The translations under genes and the position numbers were made by a program. The notes under the pieces are model-generated. The model did no database searches, was not told the DNA's origin, and worked only from the letters and a program-made list of their open reading frames with translations. From the IMG/VR virus record IMGVR_UViG_3300048895_000205, positions 1 to 54,276 of that record: a DNA stretch of 54,276 nucleotides; one strand, written 5' to 3'. Every line of letters begins with the position of its first letter. Positions within the stretch are counted from its first letter, which is position 1. This document shows, piece after piece, positions 25,501 through 33,599 of this stretch. Origin of the DNA: a virus (lineage: Duplodnaviria; Caudoviricetes).

Positions 25501-27378
25501 GACGGATGGCAGAAAACCGCCACGGTAGATGCCTACCAGCACACGGGCGCCCCGACGAAGGTGCCAACGGTGCTCGCTGACGGCACGGTCGAGACCGAGA
25601 ACACAGTTAACCCCGGGGACTGGGTAGTAAAGCAGAAGAACGGCGAAGTGCAGATCATCCGGGACGACAAGTTCCGCAAGCTGTATGACGCAGGGCCATC
25701 TACGCCGGCCAAGGCGGCATCTAAGGCTGCCAAGGCCGCCGCGCCGGCCAAGAAGGTTGCAACCAAGGCTGCGAAGTCGGCTGCTCCCGGCGACTCCGGA
25801 GAGCTACCGACTCCCGAGGAGGCCGTGCGTCAAGCTCAGTCAGCGCTATCAGCGAAGGCTTACAAGGACCTAGTAGCAATGGCAGAAGTCGCGTTCCACA
25901 ACGCTGGCTTCACTCGGCCGCCTGATGACACTCCGAAGAACAAGGCCATCAACAAGGCCATGGACCGGTTGACCGCGCTTGGTTATATCCGGGACATCGA
26001 AAACACCGACCCTCAGCACCCCGGCCGGCGCATGTTCGAGATGACCGACCTTGGTCGGCTAGCCGCTGGGCAGAAGTTGCGTGGCCGAGAAGCACCGTCG
26101 ACCGCAGCCAAGAAGGCAGCAACGCCGGCCGAACGACTGGCTGCGCTACCCAAGCGAGTGCCGTCCAAGGCACTCAACGCACCCGAGCCACAGGGTGACG
26201 TGCCGCGGATCGCTGACATCCAGCTGCCGCCGATGAAGATGCTCCGTACTCATGTCCGGGAGCCCAATCCGGTCCGCGACTTCATCGTCGATCTGAAGCA
26301 GGGCATCCGGCCCACAGAGCAATCTCGTGATGGCCAGCTCAAGAGCATGAAGGTCGGCCAGCTCAAAGAGCTGTTGACTCGCCTCGGCGTCGAGGACACG
26401 ACTGGGCGCAAGGACGACCTGGTCGAGCGCGTTCACGCACGATTGGCGCGGATGGAGGGGCTCGACCGGTCCGAGCGAAGCCCAGTCGTCCGTGAGTTGA
26501 TGAAGTCGACCATGAAGGATCTAAAGGAGCAGATGGCTCGCAAGGGTCTGAAGGTCCCGCCGCGAGCCAAGAAGGAGGACCTGGTCGCCATCCTCGCGGG
26601 CAAGCCGGCTGGCAAGCACCACGCCAAGGAGACGCCGGGCATCGCCGCGGTCCGCGAAACGGTCGAAGGCGGCACCAAGGACCGCAAGTACTACGGCGAC
26701 GGGATGAGCGCACAGGTTGCCCTGGTCGAAGGGTCCAACGGCAAGCTGCTGGTCCGCAAACGCCACCTCACGGACTACATACAGAACGCCAAAGACCAGT
26801 CGGACGCGGAGAATCTAGCTTCCCGGGTCGGCCAGGCGCTGGGCGTTCCGGCTCCGCACGTATTCCAGCCCGACACCGACACCGTCTACATGGAGCACGT
26901 GGCTGGGAAGTCTGCCTTCAAAGAGGGCGACGAGGAAATGCAGCGCATCGCTGGCACCGAGGCCGGCAAGCGCATCGCGATCTTCGACGCGATCATCGGT
27001 AACAGTGACCGTCACAACGCGAACTGGCTAATTCCGGATGGCAATCCCGACCATCCAGTGCCGATCGACCACGGACTCGGCTGGATGCGTCAGGCCGGGC
27101 CGGATGAGCATGGAGAGTACCCACCTAGCCCCTTCCACTCGACCGATGTCTTCGCCCCTCGGTGGGTCCAGAAGCCCGAAGGCAACAACGGCCAGAACGC
27201 GGAAAACCCGGGTGGCCACTGGAAGGACAAGATCGAGGTCAGTCGTTCCGAGCTTGACCGTATGCGCGCCCGCCTGGTTCGCTTGCGTCCGGAGTTCCTC
27301 CAGAACGGCCGCCTGGACTGGTACGAGGGCATGCTCGGGCGCATGGATGCGATCATTAAGCGAGCGACACTGCCATAA
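22576..27378 (+). CDS. 1600-aa multidomain minor head protein (degenerate ART, SAP/HeH-like, GrpE-like, PGDYG-like, HipA/PI3-4K-like kinase)
   Basis: HPRDSHGRF N-terminal motif; PAKKAA repeats; FDAIIGNSDRHNANW...IDHG. Confidence 0.8.
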   Translation: MLALLEMNQSTEEFAVDLAAWEPQLHPRDSHGRFRDKWGLPPAIKKAVEAILKNFSPATFRSDAHAQGYTESLHAKQHHDPLQQASLDYFMTTRGADDIQSTLRAGKDDTPHIRGLDQAMKPLPNDVLLTRVVGPEAFGLPPERIGEVEEWTGRLVTDKGFQPTNLGNPLSPGDASAGHITLSLVTPRGTKAAIPGGSRSVILDREQPYRIMRVTPDGKGGLFVYGVVEPKQSAVKRTPAHNLGKELPGHEHAPAIDATPAEHAKRGLNPDGTPMVNPNATAPPAVDTSRPDLAQPNGPQPTTLAPNASAPTQPAVSDQQRHLDKAKQAHDRIAADRAAGREPSKEDIRRAAHHSSAAEAAAKAEEPAKAKEVQDLRDQVEELRKQVKAAAAPAKAVPTKKAAKSVPKKVPSKAVQEAGKGTKSPVQRDHGQPDEFLQGPKKAGAREAGQVSGIVSKSKTGLTEHEQSTNGPDSAGLGGRAGRAPAAKKAVAKAARAAPAKKAAPAKKAAPAEVAPDQYEKTTVANLKAEAGKRGIKILSRDRKADIVAKLREDDKSKGETKGKTFIGNVPSTHGNANPVEEPRKATTPALDVRAEGRKAARAARQRVAKAQIAAEAQATVNELNAKGASHDVIAKHLRAIASGPSLDEISDPDARALMRGRLEEAADAFKEGHNVDAVVKLRLLSKEHGVKVEGKAKDIVDFNPDKHDHVGAGLEPGDKAQIIKPGAIDAEGRVLHKAVVRKAPAEDVAKAAEAERTPIVPLTAVAAKAGIEPQTMSGQQAMSEAGRMVRQGKDGKEIAARLREHADSLEQVENPEIGDRLHHSPEDVTDIQKADVRELRRLAGLVEKQYKARDVTPAKKATTPPGREPRAAKALPEKVQSRAAKAAAEEASPTEASPSFDAKKAKTYSPVVQVKHADIMDAPADKKTTIVPEWGGEQHFIGPWVAVKNDEGKVAYGSALKEWMDMHERVPGTKDGWQKTATVDAYQHTGAPTKVPTVLADGTVETENTVNPGDWVVKQKNGEVQIIRDDKFRKLYDAGPSTPAKAASKAAKAAAPAKKVATKAAKSAAPGDSGELPTPEEAVRQAQSALSAKAYKDLVAMAEVAFHNAGFTRPPDDTPKNKAINKAMDRLTALGYIRDIENTDPQHPGRRMFEMTDLGRLAAGQKLRGREAPSTAAKKAATPAERLAALPKRVPSKALNAPEPQGDVPRIADIQLPPMKMLRTHVREPNPVRDFIVDLKQGIRPTEQSRDGQLKSMKVGQLKELLTRLGVEDTTGRKDDLVERVHARLARMEGLDRSERSPVVRELMKSTMKDLKEQMARKGLKVPPRAKKEDLVAILAGKPAGKHHAKETPGIAAVRETVEGGTKDRKYYGDGMSAQVALVEGSNGKLLVRKRHLTDYIQNAKDQSDAENLASRVGQALGVPAPHVFQPDTDTVYMEHVAGKSAFKEGDEEMQRIAGTEAGKRIAIFDAIIGNSDRHNANWLIPDGNPDHPVPIDHGLGWMRQAGPDEHGEYPPSPFHSTDVFAPRWVQKPEGNNGQNAENPGGHWKDKIEVSRSELDRMRARLVRLRPEFLQNGRLDWYEGMLGRMDAIIKRATLP

Positions 27379-27386
27379 GGAGAGAG

Positions 27387-27605
27387 ATGGCCCGCGTACT
27401 GGAGCTGCATGACGAGACGACTGACTCGTCCACGCCTACCGGCCAGACGGCCACGTTGAACGATGACGGAACTGTCACGTTCAACGGTGATCAGATCAAA
27501 GCGATCATGGTGCAAGGTCTAGCGCGCTACAAGCCCGACAAGGTCTTCGACAACATGGCTGGTTGGTCCAATGGATACAGCGCCAGCCTTAAGGAAAGGA
27601 AGTAG
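27387..27605 (+). CDS. hypothetical protein following kinase domain
   Basis: TAAGGAG SD; C-terminal GWSNGY. Confidence 0.75.
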   Translation: MARVLELHDETTDSSTPTGQTATLNDDGTVTFNGDQIKAIMVQGLARYKPDKVFDNMAGWSNGYSASLKERK

Positions 27606-27607
27606 TC

Positions 27608-27763
27608 ATGGGTTGCAACTGTGGCGGCTCCGCCGCGTCCCAGCAGCAGGCTTACGAGGTCATCGTGAATGGCAAGACGGTAGACAAGGAGTTCAGCTCC
27701 AAGCCGGAAGCCGACATCTACGCGACGATGCACAATGGGCGTGTCATTGCCAAGAAGAAGTAG
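27608..27763 (+). CDS. small MGCNCG protein preceding capsid gene
   Basis: hand-translated MGCNCGGSAASQQQAYEVIVNG...IAKKK; GGAAAGGA SD. Confidence 0.75.
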   Translation: MGCNCGGSAASQQQAYEVIVNGKTVDKEFSSKPEADIYATMHNGRVIAKKK

Positions 27764-27846
27764 TCGATCTACACTGCCCCTATCTGCCAGGGCTGTGCTG
27801 AGGGCCTGCCTGGAAGCCATCAAACGGCATTCCGAAAGGCCCTCCC

Positions 27847-29547
27847 ATGGAATTTTCCATTCCGGCGGCCGACAGCCTGACTCGGTTCACGGTTGCGGCC
27901 CTTCGCGACTTGGCCCTTGAGGCTTCCGCCGCGTACGACAAGCTGCACGGCGAGCTGAGCGCGGACCCGGCCACGGCCAGCGACGAGCAGCTCGATTACC
28001 TGGAAGACCTCAACACGTTCATGCTGGCCGTGGACGAGGAGATGGACCGGCGCAACGGCAACTTGGCGCGGTTCTCGACGCTGCCGTCGTCCGCCCCGGC
28101 CGTAGGCACGGCGCCCGAGCCCGAGCCGGTGGTCGAGCCTGAGCCGGCGGCGGCCCCCGCGGCCACGATCACCACGGCGCCGAGCACGTTCGCGACCGGC
28201 ACGGTCACCACGATCGACGTCACCACGGTCCCGAGCGCGGCCGACATCGCTGCGGCCAGCACGGTCGTGGTCGGCGAGATCATGGACAACGGTCCCCAGA
28301 CGCCGCACGCTCAGTTCACGCTGATCGCGGCCCCCGACACCGGCTTTGCGGCCGGCGCAGAGCTGACCGACTGGACCGAGGTCGCGAAGGCGTTCATCAA
28401 CCGGACCGCGTCGTATCGGGGCAGCAAGTCCGCGCAGCAGCACACGGTGGCCATGGTCCGCCGGGACTTCACCGACGAGTTCTCCATGCTGGAGCACGAC
28501 TCGGACGAAGCCCTGAAGACCAAGCTGGACCACGTCCGTGACGAGAAGCGCCTCGAAGGCGGTTCACTGCTAGCCGGCGTCGGTTGGTGTGCTCCGTCCG
28601 AGACGATCTACACCACCTGCAACCAGGTCACCATCTCGGGCATCCTGTCGGTACCGGAGATCGGGGCGCGGCGCGGCGGCATCCGACACAACCAGGGCAT
28701 CGAGTTCGACTCGATCTTCGGCGCCGGCACCGGCTTCAACATCCTCACTGAGGCCCAGGTCATCTCCGACACGGTGAAGACCTGCGTGGCCATCCCGTGT
28801 CCGTCCTTCGTGGACGACCGGCTGAAGGTAGCGGTCCTGTGCCTCACCGGTGACATCCTCCAGAACCGTGGTTACCCCGAGTTCGTATCCGAGTTCGTCC
28901 AGGGCGCGATCGCGGTTAACGCGCACAACGTCAACCGGCAGGTCATCGCCGACATCGTGACCGGCTCCACGGCCGTGCACCTGACCGGTGAGCCGTTCCT
29001 GTCCGACGGTTCGGTGGTCTCCAACCTGATGAGCGCGGTCGACCTGGCCGTCGTCGACATCAAGTACCGGCTGCGCTTGGACCCGGGTGCGACGGTCGAG
29101 ATCGTCCTGCCCATCTGGATCAAGGCCCAGCTGCGGGCTGACTGGATCCGGCGCAATGGCCCGATGGACCCGGACCTGGCCGACTCGGCCATCGCGGCCA
29201 TGTTCACGGCTCGCGGTGCTGCGGTCAGCTACGTCTACGACTGGCAGGACGCCTTCTCGGGCGTCGCCGGCAACCCCGGTGACGACACCCCGATCACGGC
29301 CCTGCCGACCACGGTCAGCTTCTTGGCCTTCCCGGCGGGCACCTGGGTCCTCGCCCGCCAGGATGTCATCCGGCTCGACTCGATCTACGACAGCACGAAC
29401 ATCACCACGAACAAGGTGACCCAGCTCTTCATGGAGGACGGTTTCCGGGCGATGCGCTTCTGCCCGCTGAGCCGGATCTACGACCTGGCCATCTGCCCGA
29501 GCGGTGCGACGGGCGCTCAGCGCTCGGTGGACTGCGTTACCCCGTAA
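27847..29547 (+). CDS. major capsid protein with N-terminal scaffold-like segment
   Basis: SLLAGVGWCAPSETIY, RGGI, CP.F...RL, ILQNRGYPE, YDSTN...N. Confidence 0.9.
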   Translation: MEFSIPAADSLTRFTVAALRDLALEASAAYDKLHGELSADPATASDEQLDYLEDLNTFMLAVDEEMDRRNGNLARFSTLPSSAPAVGTAPEPEPVVEPEPAAAPAATITTAPSTFATGTVTTIDVTTVPSAADIAAASTVVVGEIMDNGPQTPHAQFTLIAAPDTGFAAGAELTDWTEVAKAFINRTASYRGSKSAQQHTVAMVRRDFTDEFSMLEHDSDEALKTKLDHVRDEKRLEGGSLLAGVGWCAPSETIYTTCNQVTISGILSVPEIGARRGGIRHNQGIEFDSIFGAGTGFNILTEAQVISDTVKTCVAIPCPSFVDDRLKVAVLCLTGDILQNRGYPEFVSEFVQGAIAVNAHNVNRQVIADIVTGSTAVHLTGEPFLSDGSVVSNLMSAVDLAVVDIKYRLRLDPGATVEIVLPIWIKAQLRADWIRRNGPMDPDLADSAIAAMFTARGAAVSYVYDWQDAFSGVAGNPGDDTPITALPTTVSFLAFPAGTWVLARQDVIRLDSIYDSTNITTNKVTQLFMEDGFRAMRFCPLSRIYDLAICPSGATGAQRSVDCVTP

Positions 29548-29554
29548 GCGCGTA

Positions 29555-29585
29555 AGGGGAGTCAGGTTCACGCCTGGCTCCCCTT
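29555..29585 (+). terminator. hairpin after capsid gene
   Basis: AAGGGGAGTCAGG/CCTGGCTCCCCTT inverted repeat. Confidence 0.55.
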
Positions 29586-29600
29586 CATCAGGAGGAACTC

Positions 29601-29879
29601 ATGGCTGCTACTGCAAAGGCCCTCCCCGCCACGGGCACGCTGTTGCTGCACACCGGACCGATTCAGGTCACCGGGTTCAGCTACAACAACGGCTCGGGCG
29701 GCGCGGGCGTCATCACGATCTACGACTCGCTGACCGCGACCGGCAAGGTGATCTACCAGGAATCGGTAGCCACCGTCACCGGCGTCGCGCGCCAGCTCAA
29801 CCCCCCGGTCACCGCCACGATCGGGGTCACGGTCAACCTGTCGGCTGCCAGCGGCACCGGCTCCGTCTGGATGGACTGA
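29601..29879 (+). CDS. small beta-rich virion protein (paralog A)
   Basis: HTGP..G....N..IYD.LTATG pattern shared with next gene; AGGAGG SD. Confidence 0.75.
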   Translation: MAATAKALPATGTLLLHTGPIQVTGFSYNNGSGGAGVITIYDSLTATGKVIYQESVATVTGVARQLNPPVTATIGVTVNLSAASGTGSVWMD

Positions 29880-29880
29880 T

Positions 29881-30168
29881 ATGAGCGTTAACGCGAAGTC
29901 CTACAGCACGTCGGGGACCACGGCGGCCGTCCACACTGGACCGGTCCAGTTCTGCGGCTACACGATGGCCAACACGACCGCCAACGCGGCCACGATCATC
30001 GTGTACAACGCCTTGACCGCGACCAGCACGGTCCTGCTCTCGGACACGGTACCGGCGAACAGCTCGCGCATTTTCCAGCTGGCCGCTCCGCTATACGCGT
30101 CGGTTGGTATCACCGTGCAGATCACCGGAACGACGCCAAACGTCGTCGGTTCCGTTCTACTGGACTAA
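29881..30168 (+). CDS. small beta-rich virion protein (paralog B)
   Basis: HTGPV..G...N...VYNALTAT...VGITV..GSV.D. Confidence 0.75.
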   Translation: MSVNAKSYSTSGTTAAVHTGPVQFCGYTMANTTANAATIIVYNALTATSTVLLSDTVPANSSRIFQLAAPLYASVGITVQITGTTPNVVGSVLLD

Positions 30169-30180
30169 GAGGAGTAGGCC

Positions 30181-31032
30181 ATGGCGAGCTTGACGGGAAG
30201 GGTCTACGTACCCTGGCCCAACGCTCTCGTGTCTCGCCCTGGCCTCTTCCAGGTCGCCACGGGTCCGTTGGACCTGCCGGTACACGGTCGCATCGGCGGC
30301 CTCCAGTACGAGACGGGCACCTGTGCGTTCCCGCTCTGCTACGAGGTCGAGTGCCAGGCCACGCATAACACGAAGACGCTGACCAACCAGCGCTCGACCA
30401 TCACGGGCGATCCGTTCATCGTGTACTCGGACGTGCTGTGCTCGCCCGTGGGCATGACCGACGAACGCACGCGGCAGTTCCTGTACGAGCAATTGGCAGC
30501 CGGCGAACAGGGTGTGGTCGAGAACGTCTTCTCGCTCCAGTCCTGCGCGCAGGCCCCTGGTCTAGCGAACAACGCAGCCGTGGTCGACCTGACACCGACT
30601 CCGGGTACTCCGGTCGACCCGGTGAAGGCCGTCTCGCTCCTGGAGAACTGGCTCTACGCGCGATACGGGCTGCCGGGTGTCCTGCACGTCCCCGCAGCAC
30701 TGTCGGCGTACTTCGACTTCCTGTGGATCGGCAACGACCGCGATAGCCGGGGAGTCTGGCAGACCCGTCTGGGCACGAAGATCTCCTACGGCAACTACGC
30801 GGGCGCGACCCCGGCCGGCGCGAACCCTGCCGCAGGCGAGTCCTGGCTGTACATCACCGGGCAGGTCGCGATCTGGCGCACGGCCGACTCGGATCTGTTC
30901 GTGACCACCATCGCGGACACGCTGAACCGGACCACGAACCAGTTCACGGCCGTCATGGAGCGCGAGTACGTCGTGTCCTTCGACTGCTTCATCGCTGCCG
31001 TGGAAACCAAGATCACCGGCGTCGTGGCATAG
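30181..31032 (+). CDS. minor capsid/second capsomer protein
   Basis: GDPFIVY...C..VG, GVLHVP, WLYITGQV.IWR, N.....EREYVV.FDC; position. Confidence 0.7.
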   Translation: MASLTGRVYVPWPNALVSRPGLFQVATGPLDLPVHGRIGGLQYETGTCAFPLCYEVECQATHNTKTLTNQRSTITGDPFIVYSDVLCSPVGMTDERTRQFLYEQLAAGEQGVVENVFSLQSCAQAPGLANNAAVVDLTPTPGTPVDPVKAVSLLENWLYARYGLPGVLHVPAALSAYFDFLWIGNDRDSRGVWQTRLGTKISYGNYAGATPAGANPAAGESWLYITGQVAIWRTADSDLFVTTIADTLNRTTNQFTAVMEREYVVSFDCFIAAVETKITGVVA

Positions 31033-31040
31033 GAGACCTG

Positions 31041-31370
31041 ATGGATATCGCAAAGCTCTACATCGACACCGCGAATGGCCTGATCGACAGCACGGCTCTG
31101 AGCGCCGCCGCCGGAGTCCTGGTCGCCCTGGTGGAGAACCAGGATGACCTGACCTTCACCGTGGACGAGCATGGTCACTATTTCGAGATGCCGGCGGACA
31201 CGCTGGATAAGTTCCGTGCAGCGGTCGATGGCCCTCAGGACGCGAAGCCTCGGCGCGGACGGCCGCGCAAAGTAGTCGTGTCGCCGGAAGCCGAGCAGGC
31301 GGCAGTCAATCTAGATGTCGTTGATGAGGAAATCATTGACGAAGAAGCAGTCCCGGATCTTGAGGAGTAG
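31041..31370 (+). CDS. hypothetical protein with AT-hook-like RRGRPRK
   Basis: AGGAG SD; acidic tail. Confidence 0.7.
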   Translation: MDIAKLYIDTANGLIDSTALSAAAGVLVALVENQDDLTFTVDEHGHYFEMPADTLDKFRAAVDGPQDAKPRRGRPRKVVVSPEAEQAAVNLDVVDEEIIDEEAVPDLEE

Positions 31371-31372
31371 GC

Positions 31373-32311
31373 GTGGCCACCGTTAGCCGTTGCTTCGTCC
31401 CCTTCAAGGTCAAGAAGGCCCGTGCGACCTTGGTGGATCCCTGCGGCACCCCCGTGGTTTCGGGGTGCTCGTCGATCGCTACCGACGGCATCATCACGGT
31501 CGAGCAGACCGGTACCTATGAAGACCGTGAGGAATTCTTCGTCAAGAATGGCAACGGCACTTTCTGCGTCCAGGAAACAAACCCGCCGATCCTGAAGTGG
31601 ATTCAGCTCACCCTAACGTTCTGCAACGTTGACCCCGAGCTGGTGAACTTCCTGACCGGCCAGGCGCTGGTACTGGACGACGCAGATACCCCGGTAGCCA
31701 TCGGTAACGACTGGGGTACCAATGACGCGGCCACGGTGAACTTCGGTTTCGAAACGTGGACCGGCGTCGCGAATCAGGCGAACTGCACGGTACCGCTGTA
31801 TGGCTACGCCGTTTGGCCGTGGATGGTCGAGGGCACGATGAGCGATGTCACGTACAACAATGGCACCGCGAACTTTGTGGTCGTTGCCCGTACAAAGGTT
31901 GGCAACAACTGGGGCCAGGGCCCGTACGCCGTGCAGCAGTCGGCCGCGACCGCGACGCTGGGTAACCCGATTCCGCTGACTCCGGCGATCGCGACGGACA
32001 AGCACCGTCGCATGATCACCACCCTTGAGCCTCCGCCGCCCTCGGGTTGTGGCTGCATCGCGATCCCGAACCCGGCGCTGACGTTCTCCGACACGGGCGT
32101 GCTGACTGGCACGGTCACGATCCCGACCACGCCGTTCACTGACTCGGTGCTGCCGGGCACGATTGACTGGGGCGATTCGACAACGACGTCCGTAACCGCC
32201 GGACCGACGGCTAGCCATGTCTACGCCATGGCCGGCACGTACACGGCAACCTACCGCTCGAAGGCGTTCTCCACGGCGGCGTGGACGTCGGCACCAACCC
32301 CAATCGCGTGA
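31373..32311 (+). CDS. major tail protein with C-terminal PKD/Ig-like domain
   Basis: T.VD.CG.P, FC.VDP.L, WG.GPY.V; IDWGD...SHVYAMAGTY. Confidence 0.85.
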   Translation: MATVSRCFVPFKVKKARATLVDPCGTPVVSGCSSIATDGIITVEQTGTYEDREEFFVKNGNGTFCVQETNPPILKWIQLTLTFCNVDPELVNFLTGQALVLDDADTPVAIGNDWGTNDAATVNFGFETWTGVANQANCTVPLYGYAVWPWMVEGTMSDVTYNNGTANFVVVARTKVGNNWGQGPYAVQQSAATATLGNPIPLTPAIATDKHRRMITTLEPPPPSGCGCIAIPNPALTFSDTGVLTGTVTIPTTPFTDSVLPGTIDWGDSTTTSVTAGPTASHVYAMAGTYTATYRSKAFSTAAWTSAPTPIA

Positions 32312-32313
32312 TT

Positions 32314-32351
32314 GTTGTTTGCGCAAGCATATTCTTGCTTGCGCAAACAAC
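32314..32351 (+). terminator. hairpin after major tail gene
   Basis: GTTGTTTGCGCAAGCA/TGCTTGCGCAAACAAC perfect 16-bp inverted repeat. Confidence 0.75.
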
Positions 32352-32369
32352 TAATTAGGGAGGACACAC

Positions 32370-33176
32370 ATGGCTGTCCCCGCGAGCGGGCCGTGCAACT
32401 GGACCATCAACACCGGATGCTGCACCGAGTTCTGGGCGACACTGACGGATGCACTGAAGACGCAGGCTACGAACTACGCGACGCTCGTGCTGTGGTCAGC
32501 GACCGGGCGCCAATTCGGTGCGTGCGACATGGTGGTCCGCCCGTGCGGTCGCTGGTGCGAGAACCAAGCTGGTTGGTGGTGGGACAACGGCACCTGGATG
32601 CCGTACATCTACAACGGACTCTGGTACAACTGCGCGTGCGGCACAGGTCCGGGCTGCCAACGGTGCGAACCGCGCTGTCAGGTCTATCTCCCCGGACCGG
32701 TCTCCGCGGTGAGCGAGGTCAGAGTTGATGGCGTAGTAGTTGACGCATCAACTTATCGCGTGGACGACCAGGTGTGGTTGGTCCGTACTGGCGTAGACGT
32801 CAACGGCCAACACAACTGCTGGCCTTACCGCCAGGACTACAGCGAGCCCACCAGCGACGCGCACACGTTCCAGGTCACCTACGCCAAGGGCATCGCGCCG
32901 CCGGCCGCCCTGTTGGCCGCGGCGGGCACTCTGGCGTGCGAGTACGCCAAGGCCTGCATGGGTCAGGAATGTCGACTACCGGGGCGCATTACTTCGGTCG
33001 CTCGGCAGGGCGTGAGCGTGAATCTGGTCGACGTAGATACGCTGATCAAGTCTGGCTTGACCGGCATTGTTGAAGTCGACAATGTCATCCGCGCACTTAA
33101 CCCTGGGCTACTTCGCAGTCGAACTCGGATGTACTCCCCCGACTTGCCCGTGACCCGCATGCAGACGTGGCCTTAA
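32370..33176 (+). CDS. head-to-tail adaptor
   Basis: LW.ATGRQFG.C...VRPC, LPGPV, CRLP.R.TS..RQGV, TG..EVD. Confidence 0.85.
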   Translation: MAVPASGPCNWTINTGCCTEFWATLTDALKTQATNYATLVLWSATGRQFGACDMVVRPCGRWCENQAGWWWDNGTWMPYIYNGLWYNCACGTGPGCQRCEPRCQVYLPGPVSAVSEVRVDGVVVDASTYRVDDQVWLVRTGVDVNGQHNCWPYRQDYSEPTSDAHTFQVTYAKGIAPPAALLAAAGTLACEYAKACMGQECRLPGRITSVARQGVSVNLVDVDTLIKSGLTGIVEVDNVIRALNPGLLRSRTRMYSPDLPVTRMQTWP

Positions 33177-33185
33177 GGAGGCGCG

Positions 33186-33596
33186 ATGGCACTTCGACTA
33201 GCAACCAGCGCACGCAACGCGGCAGCCGATGCCGTCGTCGATCTCCTGGACGCGGGCGCCGGCCCGGCCACGATTGAGGTTCGCACTGGTTCCCAGCCCG
33301 CCACTCCGGCCACCGGGGCCACTGGCACGCTCCTGGTGACCTTCACGCTGAACGATCCAGCCTTCGGATCAGCTTCCGTGGGCGTCGCCACGTTGTCGGT
33401 ATCCCCGGCGATCAGCGCGGTCGCTGTGGCCAACGGAACGGCGGGATGGTTTCGCGCGTTCGATTCGAACGGCGCGGTAGTCCTTGATGGTGCCTGCGGT
33501 ACGTCCGGAGCAGAATTGAACCTCACGACGACCACCATTTCGATCGGACTGACGGTCACCATCACGTCCGGGAGCTACACGCAGCCGCAGGGCTGA
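33186..33596 (+). CDS. virion structural protein
   Basis: RNAAADA, GSQPA, GTAGWFR..D....VLDG..G.SG. Confidence 0.75.
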   Translation: MALRLATSARNAAADAVVDLLDAGAGPATIEVRTGSQPATPATGATGTLLVTFTLNDPAFGSASVGVATLSVSPAISAVAVANGTAGWFRAFDSNGAVVLDGACGTSGAELNLTTTTISIGLTVTITSGSYTQPQG

Positions 33597-33599
33597 CCC

